Of a DNA stretch of 64,000 bases, positions 38,188 to 51,800 are shown one piece after another (positions within the stretch are counted from its first letter, which is position 1; each line of letters starts with the position of its first letter). The translations under genes and the position numbers were made by a program. Source of the stretch: Octopus vulgaris (taxonomy: Eukaryota); NCBI GenBank assembly GCA_951406725.2, contig OX597828.1, positions 4,340,001-4,404,000 of the forward strand. The letters run 5' to 3'. Below the pieces are notes generated by a model. That model made no database searches, was not told the DNA's origin, and saw nothing but the letters and a program-made list of their open reading frames with translations.

Positions 38188-40723
38188 TACAGTGTACATT
38201 TAAACACATAAGAGGTAGCCATCATAGGACTACCAATATGCTAGAGAGGACAGTTAAATTCCGAACCACTATTAGAGATAAAAATAGAAGAGAATAAAAA
38301 TAAAAACATTTACCATCTAACTCCTGCATATATATGTATATATTTATGTATGTATTTATATATATATACACCACTAACTCTTCTATTGCAACCACTAAAC
38401 CCTATACACTACCTACATCACTCACATCTCTAATTCCAGATATACTTACCTCCCTTTAAAATAACCCAGAACTACTTACCTCCCTTACAAATAATCTTTT
38501 TTCTCAGGAACTATGACACCGTATATTAACCGGTGTTGTTCAAACGATGAATTGCCTTCGCGTAAACCACTGGTTCGTTTTGTTCTCTTACTATATTATC
38601 ATCTTATAATGATCTCATAATAATGACCCTTATGATTCGTATTACTACCTCAGTCAATCTAAATGTATATATTCGTCACTACCTGTCATAAATAGCCTTT
38701 TTCTATTTGCAATATGCATTTTCGTTGATTTTTCATATATATATATATATATATATGTGTGTGTATTATATATTGATTGATTTTTATTTTTACGGTGACG
38801 TTTATGCCGATTTGTATGCAGAATTAGCCCTAATACACCTGCAGCATATTGATTAATGGGCTCGGAAGACGCTGCCATATATGGGAGACGTTATGCTTCT
38901 ATGGTATCGTGAGAGTGGTTTTGAGGGTAAGAAAAAGGAAATGGAACCTCTTACAGATAAAAATTCCTAGTCATTGAAGATGTGCAATGTTAAATTCGAA
39001 TGATCTGTCAGATTTGTCAACACTGCCCTATTACAATATTACGCAATAAATAAACATATATGCAATACACTGTCGTCTTCCTTTCGAGCTGGGTTTACTA
39101 GTGTAAGGATCACTGATTTGGAAATGTAATGTCGTGTAAATGAAACAGTAATAGACATGTATTGCCAAGCGTTAGCTTCTTTCTCAAATGTGTACCTTAT
39201 ACACATTTAGGCTCACACACTGACTCTCTTCATTTGTAACTCATACATCGATAACTGTCAAGCAGACATATCTACACATATAAATACGCATAAACTTCTT
39301 TTTTTAATGTTAGAATAATTTATTGATTCTCCAAAATCTTTCGCTGCATCACTTTTCAAGAAATTCCCGAAAGCCTTCAGTTTGCAGGGGTATTGAAAAT
39401 CGATTGATCAGAGTTAAAGCCTAGAGCGTCTCACGTTGATCTTAATTCGGTTAGTGTGAGATTGTTCAGGAAATCTATTTTCTTTTGTAATCTTTCCGTG
39501 GAAATTCTAAATGTGTAGTCAATGTCACAGTCAATGTTTAGATACAGTTAAGGATGTTCACAATTCTTAGGCCCATGTATACTGTCGTTCTTAGCTCAAG
39601 TTTAGATATGTCCATGAAATTTTTTCTAGTAACTCTTCTATTATTATGGTTTAGTTTTAGGACTTTTAACTGACTATCATCTATATCGTAGACTTAAAAG
39701 TCTGGTGAATTTAATATACCAATAATATGACACATTTCAGCACAATCTTTGCTATGCATGTACTTTTGCCACGTTAAGAGAGGATCTTGTTATTAGGAAC
39801 CGCATTGTTTTGGCAAGGCCCTCATTACTCAGTTCTTGGTTAAGGATTCTCTTTTAGTTCATTTGGTTTTAAAAGAAAAGACTTATTTTGTATGAGGTAG
39901 AACTCGCGTATTTCGAATTCTTTCAATGAATAGAAATATACGTAACTGATTCGAATGAAAATTTTAAAACCAGTCTCTGAGTCAGATAGAAACGTTAAGA
40001 CGAAGATCATGTGAAATTGAACACAGAACAACAGTCGAAAATGTACCTTGTATAATAGAATGTCAGTGTTAGGACACATTTCTAAGGAAATCCAGAGAAA
40101 TTACAGGTGGAATAAATAGCTGTTCAAATATATGATAGAGGATGGTGACATATATGTAACTCTTTTCTGTTGTTTAGTTTTGGTTTCCTGTTTGAATCAA
40201 TGGAGTTATTAATATCAAGAGCCAGCTGGAGAGATGAATTAGACGATAATTCCTTTGATAAATGGTACTCTTAGCTCAACTGTCAGTTTCCTTTCTAAGT
40301 GGAAGAAGAATATTGAAATTGAGGCTTGTATTGTCGACCAGCAGAAAAGTACAATCCTGTATTCTGCAAAAATATTCTTAGAAAGAAAAGATTCTTGAGA
40401 TCTGAGGAGAGGATTACCAACACTCAGGACAACATCTCTGCTAAATATTGTAGAATGCTATAGTTGTATAATTCTTCTTATTACAAAAGGCAGCAGAATT
40501 TGTTCTGACTTCAGATTCCACCAATGTCGATTTTCCCTTTCTCCCTTTCTGGGTCGGGGAAATAAGTCCCAGTCAAGTACTGAAGTCGTTGTAATCGACT
40601 AAACCAATCCCTCGGAATTGCTGGCACTATGCTTATAGCAGAACGGTTTATCACTAAAGGCAGTCAGGTGGCAGGATCGTTAGTGCTTCTCCTTCAGCTT
40701 AAGAAACACCCAAACTCAGAGAG

Positions 40724-40788
<65 letters not shown>

Positions 40789-40819
40789 AAGAGAGAATGA
40801 GTGAGTGAATGACTGAGGG

Positions 40820-40920
40820 GTGAGTAACATCTGGACTGTAGGGAGGATGAGGGACAGTTTTCATACTCGTCTCCGCCAAGAAATGGTTACTACGATGCTC
40901 TTTACTGGATGTTCTTTACT
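40820..40920 (-). mobile_element. short mariner transposase fragment
   Basis: MKTVPHPPYSPDVT motif. Confidence 0.6.
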
Positions 40921-40934
40921 ATAGTGCTTTAAAG

Positions 40935-41114
40935 TTTTATAAAACCATTGTCTACATTTAGATAATGCTTCCAGATAATGCTTCCAATTGGCAATTAATT
41001 AAATTATGTTCTTTATATAATAATATGTATAGCGATTCTTTTGTACAAAGACGGCAGATAGAAGATTTATGCGTATATGGTGTAGCTGAGTCAATGATTG
41101 ACCAGGAAAATATA
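40935..41114 (-). pseudogene. Penelope-like GIY-YIG endonuclease C-terminal fragment
   Basis: reads IFSWSIIDSATPYTHKSSICRLCTKESLYILLYKEHNLINCQLEALS(13-nt duplication)KCRQ, matching the W-I..A.PY....C.LC..E...I....L.N...E..SKCR pattern of PLE endonuclease ends. Confidence 0.7.
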
Positions 41115-41245
41115 TTGGGGAGGGGGTGTTACTGTAGCTTTATAGCCCAAGAGATCTTCGTCTCTAGCTGGCTTTAGACACAATATCTGTGTCCTTGGAG
41201 TATTTGCAAAGGGAGGACATCCCTTCCTCGCAAGCCTGAGTGATA

Positions 41246-41288
41246 CGCTCAAACTAGTTTCGGGATTGTTGTCCCTCGTCAACGGGCG
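41246..41288 (-). ncRNA. minimal hammerhead motif (U3 core variant)
   Basis: cgcccg-TTGACGA-ggga-caacaa-tccc-GAAA-ctag-TT-tgagcg; palindromic ACTAGT. Confidence 0.55.
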
Positions 41289-41602
41289 GTAACCACCAGG
41301 TAGCGATGAAAGAGAAGGCTCCTTTGCAAAGAGATATAAGTTTTTCTAATGGCGTCTGCCACTGATGTCGAAAAACGAACAGTAAGCATAATTAAATCTC
41401 AGAATGAGATTGAAACAGTAATCGCTCGATAATGTAAAGTATAGAAGCCATCTTATCATGGCTAACCACATTGGGGAGGGGGTGTTACTGTAGCTTTATA
41501 GCCCCAAGAGATCTTCGACTCTAGCTGGCTTTAGACACAATATCTGTGTCCTTGGAGTATTTGCAAAGGGAGGACATCCCTTCCTCGCAAGCCTGAGTGA
41601 TA

Positions 41603-41645
41603 CGCTCAAACTAGTTTCGGGATTGTTGTCCCTCGTCATCGGGCG
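41603..41645 (-). ncRNA. minimal hammerhead motif (A3 core variant)
   Basis: cgcccg-ATGACGA-ggga-caacaa-tccc-GAAA-ctag-TT-tgagcg. Confidence 0.5.
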
Positions 41646-42017
41646 GTAACCACCAGGTAGCGATGAAATTTTCTTTATTATGATCAATAGATCTAACATA
41701 GAATGGGTACATTACAGGACAAAACAATTACAAAAATGCTATGCGAGTTCGAATGAAATTTAAAAAATTACAAAATTAAAATTTTATGTAACTTGAACGA
41801 AAACTTGGCTTACTTTGCCTTGAAACGAAACCTTGGCTTACTTTTGCCTTTATCACGAGAACTTTTAGTGCGTATGTTTTCTTTTCATTTTTTTTTTTAT
41901 TATTAATTCTTTATTTTAAACAGTTATGTACAGTGAAAGGTAATGGGAGGTACCAGTTTCAATTTTGAACCCGGCAGCCTATAAATCCCAGCAGCTGATT
42001 TTTCTTTTCCTCGATGA

Positions 42018-45000
42018 TTAAGCTGGGTTACTCTCACCCACCTTTCTCATCACATCCTTCCAACGTTCCATATACTCTTTCTGTGGCAGGCTCCTCTTCT
42101 CCAACCCCATCTTGCTCTTCAGATGATATCCGAAGTATTTTAACAAACCGGGGCCAGAGATAAAGGACCCTTTCACTAGACCTTCCACTCTAGTTCTCCA
42201 TACACACTCTTTCAATACTGCCACCGTACAGTAAAAACAAGCCTTACCTTCCTTTGAGAGTCCAGTTGGCGGTATCATCTTAATCATAGATCCAGCCGAC
42301 AGCTGTACTCGTCCCAGATGCGACAACACGTGTTCCACGTAACTTATCAAGCCTGACAGCTCCCGACATTGTACAAAAGCGTGTTGAACGGTTTCATCGT
42401 CCAACCCACATCTTGGACACGTCGGTGGCACTGACATTCCGTGCCTGGATAACTTCTCGCGAACAGGTAATGCATTCCTATAGCACTGCCAGGTCAGGGA
42501 TTTTTGGTAATTATCCAAATACCCCGGCCTGAAAGTCTTCTTAAACGGTTGGAGAGTTGATCCTCATCGAACCCCAGAGCCCTTCCTAGGACGTCGTCAT
42601 TTTTTCCTCCTACCAGCCCTTTATAGAACACCGAGGTGGTATTCCCGCTGCCGGCCTTACCCATCTTGTGGATCAGCCAGAGTGCCTGTCGGCACTCCTT
42701 CTGCCATGAAGTCAGTTTACGTCCTTTAATGAGACCGGGTGTAAATCCCTCCATAGAGGCCGGTCGCGGGAAGAATTCCTCTGCCAGCGAACTCCACACC
42801 TTATCATCCTCCAGGTAACACCAGAGGTGTCTCAGCCTCAACGCATGCTTGCGCATCATTAGCCAAGGCATCCCCAGTCCACCCTTTAGCGGTTCCTGGC
42901 AACACACGGAGCGTCTCACAAGTGGCTTTCCTCCTTTCCACAAAAAGCGGAAAAGGAGTCGTTCCAACTTGTTTAACCACGAATCGGGGCAAGGCACGAC
43001 GGTCAGGCGGTAGGTGACGACAGAGGCTATAAACATCTGTGCCACCTCCGCCCTCCCTTTCAAGGAAAGATGCCTTCCGGACCACTTCCGTACTATGGCA
43101 TCCACCTTGCTCGTTACCTCGCTCCAATTCTTCTCCGTCTGGGAGTCTGGACCAAACCAGACTCCGAGCAATTTAACAGGACCATCCGTCCAGTGTCCAA
43201 CAACACTGGACGGTATCGGCTTGTTCCTCCAGGTGCCGAGGCGCAAACCGATGGACTTGTCCCTGTTAACTTTTGCCCCTGCCACCGCTTCGTATCTATG
43301 GAGAGCACCTACTACCCGAGGTAGCTGTGTTCCGTTGGACACGATGAGGGTGACGTCATCCGCATAGGCAGAAACAGACTTACCGCATCCGATTTCATTA
43401 GGGTTGCCTCCCAACTTCTCCAGCTTCCGCAGCAATGGCTCAAGAGCCAAAACATACAGGAGCGGGGACAAGGGGCACCCTTGACGAACTGAACGCTTGA
43501 TCGAAAACGGCTCCGTTAGGTAACCGTTTATCTGGACTGTGGACTTGATGCCGCTGTACATAGCTGAGATCCACCCGCAGAAGCCAGGGCCCAGCCCAGC
43601 CGCTTCGAGAACCGCCGCCAAGTACCGATGGTCTACCCTATCAAACGCTTTACTTTGGTCTAAATGGACCAATGCCCCTCCTTTGCCGTCTAATTTCCCG
43701 ACCCTATCTATAGTGTAGCGGAGAAGGTGAAGATTATCCTGGATCGACCTGCCTGGGATTGCACATGTCTGTGCCTTCCCGACAAGTTTCTCCACGACAG
43801 CCGTCAACCTTTTTGCTAACACCTTGGCCAAAATCTTAAACTCTACATTAAGTAGAGTTATGGGCCTGTAATTACTAATACTGTCCCCCTTGCTCGGGTC
43901 TTTCTGGACCAGCGTCACAACTCCCCGACTCACAGAGCTGGGAATCCTCCCATTCTGTTGCCAGTTTGCATAGACGCTTGCCAGTATGTCCCCGAACAAG
44001 TCCGGCATACAACAATAAAATTCATAGGGTAGACCATCCAATCCCGGCGACTTTTCCCCGGCGCACTCGGCCATAACCCCTCTTACCTCTGCGGGAGAGA
44101 TCGATCCTTCACAGCACTCCGCCTCACCTGCCGAGAGCCGAGGCCCACCAGCTAGGAAGTCCTTTAAGGTCTCCCCACGCTCGAGCGGACCACCGCCCCC
44201 AAACAGCCGTGCGAAATGCTGGTGAAGGACCTTCTGCATCTCCTCCTGTCCATAGATCTTGCGGTCCTGCTCGTCAGTTAAGGACATAATACAGGACTTT
44301 TTGCCCTTCTGACTCTCCTCACGACGGGCCCATCCGGCAACGTTAATACCTTCTCGTTTTCCTGCACGTAACTTAGCTCTGACTCTACACCCCTCGTGCT
44401 TGGCGTTGAGGTGACGGTACAATACCGCTCTCGCTGCCAACACTCCGGATGCACAGCCAGATTCCATAGCCTCGTCTAAGTTCTTAACTAATTCGCCCTC
44501 TATTCTAGTCCTATCTAAACTTAGCTGCTTGCTAAATCTAATGGACTCCAAACGGATGGCTCTTTTGAGGGCGAGCCACCATCTATTATTAATGATGGTG
44601 CCACATAATGCCCTCTGTACTAATTCCTTAATCCGGGTACGGAAAGCTTCACAGGTCAAAATAGACTTGTTCATCTTCCAGTACCCGGGACCTTGTCTAT
44701 GGCATTTATCTACATGTACCTCACACGTTACAAGTTTGTGATCCGTGTAAGGCACAACAGAGAATTGTGGACAGCTAACACTATTCCTATCTCGTTCCTT
44801 AACAAATACTCTATCTATGTACGATCTGCGTGAGCCGTCGTTATTACTCCACGTCCACTGTGGAACGTTCGGCTCATCCAGTCGAAAACGGTCTACTAGA
44901 TTAAAGCTCGCTAGTAGAGCCTTGAGGCCAGGATTCCCCTTCCTATCGCTCGAGCCTACACCATCCACCCGCGCATCGAGAATGGTGTTGAAATCCCCTA

Positions 45001-45402
45001 CCAAGACTACCGTTTTGGACGTCACTAGAAAGTGCTCCAGTTCCCGAAAAACCGGTCTGCCCACGTCCGTTAGGAGCGTAGACAGCCACCAACCTGAAGG
45101 ACTGCTTACTCACGTGCGTCACATCTAGGACAACCAGCCTACCTTCTGGGTCCAAAAAGACAGTACTTACCTGTAAGTCCAAGTTCTTCCTGAAAAGAAC
45201 TGCCACGCCTGCACCTCCCCCGGCTAGGAGAAATAAATTTCTCGTAACCATTGAGAAGTGGTGAGAACGCTTGGGGTCCTTTCATCTTGGACTCGGTAAC
45301 AATAGCTACATCGATTCTATGTGAAATGAGGTCGTCACGAAAACAAGCCTGTTTCCATTTCGATCCCATTCCACGCACATTTATACAACCTAACTTAATC
45401 AT
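42018..45402 (-). pseudogene. LINE ORF2 (APE endonuclease, reverse transcriptase, C-terminal zinc finger) with about three frameshifts
   Basis: CINVRG, GVAVLF, AVYAPN, VGDFN, IDRVF, TDHK (APE); SPGLDG, YRPITLLN, LDQSKAFDRV, VRQGCPLSPLLY, YADD (RT); CPRC...ETVQHAFVQC; 856-aa open core 42494-45064. Confidence 0.95.
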
Positions 45403-45421
45403 CGAGAAAAAAGAAAATTAT

Positions 45422-46930
45422 TTACTCACGGTTGCGAGAGGGAGCCTGACAGATTCTTTCTGCCTGTCTCCCCCCACTCGCCGTTGCTGCTGGGTGTTTC
45501 ACCGGCGTTGACACCGGGCTCTGGGTTGGTGTGGCTGCCGGGCTAACGTGGTAATTTCCCAGTTGTCACCTCCTGGGTGACATCCTTAATGAAGCCGGCT
45601 TTTACGTGGCTTTGTAAGGTTTTGTCTTTCCATCCTTCTTCGCCGACCCTTCCATATCGCCACTCCGCTTCCTTCTCGGTCGCTTTGTAGCACCTGATCA
45701 GCGTACTTGCTTTCACCCATGTTTCTACTCTCACGTTCTTTGTGGTGTATGCAATAATTTTTTCGTTGGGTTTAAACCCTTTTACAGTTGGGGGTGGGGT
45801 TTGTTAAAGTGCTGGCCTATAAGTGTAGTACCGCCGGGGTGGGATTGGAGAATATTTTTAATTTGTTCGTCTGCGTTGTTTTTTTTTTTTGATACGGGTG
45901 GGGAGTCAGGGGTGATGGATTTTTTCCTTTTGTTGGACACGTTCGTAAATTCCATGTCTTCTTGTTTATTTGTTTTTGTTGTATTATTTTCCTCCTCCTT
46001 TCCTTTCTCATTTTGCATTTCGTTCTTGTCTTCCTCCTTTTTGGAGTTCGACCTGTTTATTTTTTCCTCCTTGTTTTCGCCAGCCGTTACTTTTTTCTCC
46101 ACTTTGCTGCTTTCTGCGTTCTTCACAGCGTTTTGTGGGGGGGCGTTGCCCGCATTATTTTTTTTGTGCAAACGGAGCGAACGTGGCCCTTTTGCCCGCA
46201 CTTAAAACATCTGGGCCTGCGTCCTTCCACCGAAACTCGTATGGAGTGCCCCTCCCCACGAAGACTCTGTCTGGTAGGCTTTCCAACGTCGCATTTTCCG
46301 CCTGGATTATCATCTCCAGCTGCTGGCCTCTCCAGTGTTTTGCAATTTTCCTCTTCATACTCAAAATTGTCAATTTTGATTCAACATCAAAAATGACCGC
46401 TGTTGCCGCCCACATCACGTCGTAGCCCGTTGGTATATCTTCTAGGGTCACTTTTGCGGTTCTGCATCCTAAATATAAGGGTAGCAGTATTATACTCTCG
46501 TTTTTCAACGTTTGTGTCGAAATTTGCCTTGCTACTTCCGCCGTTTCAAAATGCGCCTCCACTGTAGCGCTTCTTGCACCTCGGTTGACATGACTAACTT
46601 TACTCCATATTGGAGCCATACACTTTTCGACCATTTCGTTTTTCACGTCGGTCATTCGTTTTTCCTTGATATTGTACACCCTGTAGGTGACCATTTTTTC
46701 CTTTATTGCTTGTATAGTTTCGGGGGCGGTACCAATCGTGTTTCTTCACCACTTTTTTGCACCAGCGATCTGAACTTGAATAGTCTTTCCATTGACACCT
46801 CCATTTCTTCGACTTCGCCACCTACGGCGTCTGAAAAACTGGGTTTTGCCTGTGTTTCCTTTTGTTTAACAGTTGTTATACTTTCTCCCATCTCGGGAAA
46901 GTCTTTTTTTGAACTTAAGTCTAATTCCAT
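45422..46930 (-). pseudogene. LINE ORF1 (zinc knuckle) with stops and frameshifts
   Basis: pieces 46930-46155, knuckle GRRPRCFKCGQKGHVRSVC near 46230-46170, acidic/basic linker 46160-45782, tail to ~45422. Confidence 0.85.
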
Positions 46931-47550
46931 ATTAGACAACACAAACTTGTCACAAATGACAAGAGAATTTTTTTTTTTCAAAAATAACCTATACAGGTTA
47001 AGAGTTCACACAAAACAACACACAGAAATTTTCTACCCCGAAGGGCGAAAATTACTGGGTCAAAAACAGTTCAACAATGATATTACTTGTAACACGACAG
47101 AGTAGACAAACGGAAACGAACTCACACAACGATTTGCAGCAACAGAAAAATATTGGTATACACCGAGGAAAAATTCAAAAAACACCAGGTAGCGATGAAA
47201 GAGAAGGCTCCTTTGCAAAGTTTTTCTAATGGCGTCTGCCACTGATGTCGAAAAACGAACAGTAAGCATAATTAAATCTCAGAATGAGATTGAAACAGTA
47301 ATCGCTCGATAATGTAAAGTATAGAAGCCATCTTATCATGGCTAACCACATTGGGGAGGGGGTTGTTACTGTAGCTTTATAGCCCCAAGAGATCTTCGTC
47401 TCTAGCTGGCTCTAAACACAATATCTGTGTCCTTGGAGTATTTGCAAAGGGAGGCCATTCCTTCCTCGCAAGCCTGAGTGATAAGATGGCTTCTATACTT
47501 TACATTATCGAGTGATTACTGTTCCAATCTCATTCTCAGATTTAATTATG

Positions 47551-47658
<108 letters not shown>

Positions 47659-47688
47659 TTATTTATTTATATATATATACATACATGT

Positions 47689-48000
47689 GGAGGCGTAATG
47701 GCCTAGTGGTTAGGGCAGCGGACTCGCGGTCGTAGGATTGCGGTTTCGATTCCCAGACCGGGCGTTGTGAGTGTTTATTGAGCGAAAACACCTAAAGCTC
47801 CACGGGGCTCCGGCAGGGGGTGGTGGCGATCCCTGCTGTACTCTTTCGCCAGAACTTTCTCTCACTCTTTCTTATGTTGGCCTGCTCACTTAGCCAGCGG
47901 GGTGGCGTCATTTGAAGGCTAAAACAATGCGAAGCGCATTGTGACCAGCGATGTGTAACAGCATCTGATGGCCTGGTCGGTCACGGTGATCACGGTGATA
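47689..48000 (+). mobile_element. tRNA-derived SINE
   Basis: head ggaggcgtaatggcctagtggttagggcagcggactcgcggtcgtaggattgcggtttcgattccc; tail ggtcacggtgatcacggtgat; paralogue at 57064-57303. Confidence 0.8.
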
Positions 48001-48748
48001 TACATACATACATATATATACATATACATATACGTATACATATACATACATACATACATGTATAGCGGCGCTCGTATCCTTTTGTCTTATATGTAAGTAC
48101 ATATTTCTTTAAACTTGGTACGTCTCTATAACACTGTCTCTCCCCACTCTCCTACATTTCTCTGCCTTTCTCACTTTGATCTGTCTCTTTCTTGCTCTCT
48201 CTCTCTTCTCCTCCTCCTTGGTCCCTTGTTCCTCATTTTTCTCTCTCTCTCTTCTCCTCCTCCCTAATTCCTCTGTCCCTCTTTTTCTCTCTCTTCTCCT
48301 CACACGCGACTGACTGACCAATTGCCGACCTTTTGTGCTTAGCAGTCGTCGCGGCAAGACACATTTTTTTTTCTCTGCCCTAAGTCATTTTTCTAACACG
48401 CCAGCTCAAAGTTTACTCGTCCTGTCGAAAGACGCCTGTTTGTAACGTCCTGATTTGTTATTATTATTATCAATATTGTTTTTACGTATTATTATTATTG
48501 TTTTTACGTCTCCCCGTCCTTGTTTTGTATACATTCGAGGCTTTCTTCCAAGGAATCTAATGCGCTTGGCTTAGATTTTCCTTTGGGGATAGCCAGATTG
48601 GAGCAATCTCAAGATTAATCAGCCGAAATTGCGAGGATGTTCCGGTTCTTGACTGAAGATTGAAGGCTTCGAATGTCCCGTCCGTGTTTTTTGTATCGTC
48701 TTCTAAATGTTTTGCGTTCTTGTCCCAGTTTGTATTTTTTTACACACG

Positions 48749-48815
<67 letters not shown>

Positions 48816-48831
48816 CATATTATATACATAT

Positions 48832-48887
<56 letters not shown>

Positions 48888-48894
48888 GTGTGTG

Positions 48895-51800
48895 TGTATA
48901 TATAAATATATATGTACCCAATGAAGTAGTGTTACTCGTTATGTTCGGTTTAAATGAATGGATATGTGCTAAAAATCTTTGATTAAAGTTAATAGAGTTC
49001 CCTACTTTTACCATACTGTGTGAGTTATCAGTTTTCGTAAAAACGCATTCATATAAAAACCAAACCAGTCAATCCCACTCCATGGCACCAATTTGACAAC
49101 ATAAACTTCCACAAACCGGACTGGGGAGCAATCAGAAAGGATCTGTCTTCCATCGACTGGTCTTTTACTATCAATTCCTCTCATATTGAGACCGCGTGGC
49201 AGCACTTTGAAAACATTGTCACCTATACATGCTCTAAACTCGCTCCCACGAAATCTACTAACACAAACAGAAACCGGCTCCCTAAAAAGAAAAAAAACAC
49301 TCATCAGGCGCAGCAAAAGACTCAACAAAAAAATCAACCAATCAAAATATTCCCACACACAACATCCACATTCAACAACAATGAAAAGACTAGAGCTGGA
49401 AAAACTTCATCTGCAGACCAACATGAAAACCTCCATTGAAAATCAAAGACCAGTGTTCTATTCTTATGCAAATAAGCATAGAACCACTGTCTAACCCATT
49501 GGGCCATTGATTGATGATAACGGCTTTCCCCAACACGATGTTAAAGAAATGGCGGAACTACTGCAGAAACAATACTGCTCTGTCTTTAGTGTTCCCACTG
49601 ATATTGACGTAAGAGAAACGAACGAAGTTGACTCCCAACACAAAATCTCAGCCATAATCTTCACTGCCACTGACATCGTAGCAGCAATAAATGAGGTCAA
49701 ATATTACTCTGCTGTAGGCCCTGATAGATCCCCCACTAGTCTCCTGAAGGAATGTAGACACGAACTTGCAGTCTCTCTGACCAACCTCTGGAGAAATTCG
49801 TTAGACGCAGGTTATATACCGAAACAGTTTCTATCCCAGTCGGTCATCCCGGTTTTCAAACACGGAAACAGATCCCTCGCAGTCAACTATCGCCCAATCT
49901 CACTCACCTCCCACATCATTAAAGTGTTTGAAAGAGTGTTAAGATCAAGAGTGTTAAGACTTCCTGGAGAACCCACAAACTCCTAAATGCAAATCAGCAT
50001 GGCTTTCGCTGTGGCAGGGATTGTCTAACACAGCTCTTACACCACATTGAAGATGTACTCAAAGCCTTGGGAACAGGTTCGAACTCTGACGTCATATATC
50101 TTGACTTCAGTAAAGCGTTCGACAGGGTAGACCATAATATCTTACTCTCAAAATTGGAAAATGTTGGAATCCGTGGAAAAGTTCTACACTGGATTAAGTA
50201 TTTCCTGGCGAATAGAACACAACATGTTGTAGTTGATGGAGTCCACTCAAGCCCAGCAAAAGTCACCAGCAGTGTTCCCCAGGGGACTGTTTTGGGTCCG
50301 CTACTCTTCATAATTTACATAAACGACCTTTCCAGTGTTGTACATTACTGCAAAGTGAAATTTTTTGCTGATGACACTAAGCTCCAGCAAATCGTCAATG
50401 AAGAAGCAGACCGAACTCAACTCCAGTCTGATCTATATGCTGTGAATCAATGGGCAGACAGAAACAAAATGCAACTGAATGAGGGAAAATTTGAGCTGAT
50501 GCATTTTGGAAGAAATTCCTCACTAAAACAACCATACTCTCTTCCTATCTCAGTTGGAGTGCACACATCAACAAGAAGGTTGATATAGCTCGTAGGATGA
50601 GTTCCTGGATCTTAAGAACTTTCCGGTCCAGAGAACAAGGTGTCATCATACCACTTTTTCCTCCTTTGTACGGCCACACCTTGAATACTGCTGCCCACTG
50701 TGATCTCCCCATACAAGACAAAACATCTCCAGAATTGAGTCACCCCAGAGGGCACTCACTAAACGAATTGAAGGCATGGCTGCTCTCGATTATTGGGATC
50801 GCCTTAAAGCCTTGAAACTTTACTCCCTCCAGCGTCGCCGTGAGCGGTACATCATTTGTACGATGTGGAGAATATACCGCCAACTTTGCCCAAACGACCT
50901 TAACATTAGCTTCAAGGTTCATCCAAGACTGGGACCACGGGCCATACGTTCCCCTGCACAATTCAAGATCACAACATACATGTACACTGCAACATAATTT
51001 ATTTTCCTCAACAGGCCCTGCCCTATTTAACATTGTCCCGAGGGAGATCAAAGAGGAAAGGGATCCCATCAACTTTAAACGGAGTCTGGATACATTCCTT
51101 CAAAGAATACCAGATAAGCCACCCATAATTGGATACAACTCACCCAACAAGAACTCACTACTTGAACAAAACTTGACTTAAACAAAACTTGACCTAAACA
51201 GGATTCGAATAATCCTATCAGGTGGTGCTATTAAGTTAGACATGGCCTGGACCAATCTTTGATCGAAACATATCTAAGTTTATCTAAGTTTATATCACGT
51301 TGAAACTTCTACATCTGCCTTCTAAACGACAAGATTTTAAAATATTTTTACATGTGCAATATTTAGTTGTATATTTCTGTTCTGTGGTATAATCTTTAAT
51401 ATTATTTCTTATGGTACGTGGTGTTATATTTGAATCTGTTGTGGAAAAATTTATAAGAAAATTAAGTATATTTACTGCTTGTAAGTTATTATTGTTATTA
51501 GATTGTGGTATTGGATTATCCAAAGCATATTTTATATTTTGCGATGTATCATTATTGGAATTTTGTGGATAATTTATTACTGTTATAGTATCGCTATGTG
51601 TTCTCGTCATGATATCTAATGGGCAAGTATTATGCTGAGTATTATTTGGTGTTCTAGGACCGTTGTCTATTTCATTATTAGTATTATTGTTGTTATCATG
51701 TCTTAAACTATTATTATATGTTTTAAGTTTTCGTTTATTAGATCTGGCGATAATTGATCCTATATTCGGTAATGTAGAAAGAAATATTTTAATTGTTGAT

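Larger units (their letters stand above)
41669..47182 (-). mobile_element. near full-length Tx1/L1-clade non-LTR retrotransposon (5.5 kb)
   Basis: 18-bp TSD caccaggtagcgatgaaa at 41651-41668 and 47183-47200; ORF1 plus ORF2; 3' end aataaagaaaa. Confidence 0.95.

Noticed and set aside
39300-40500. Possible ancient PLE/LINE relic with a degenerate hammerhead near 39325-39365
   Set aside because: Too decayed for me to read diagnostic motifs with confidence
41115-41668. Direct repeats as LTRs of an LTR retrotransposon or as a CRISPR-like array
   Set aside because: No TG..CA ends, PBS or integrase; the enclosed element is an APE-RT LINE with its own TSD; no repeat-spacer periodicity
47689-47765. 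tRNA-like sequence (also 57064, 18122, 17593)
   Set aside because: No clean acceptor stem and each continues into a shared SINE body; these are SINE heads, not tRNA genes
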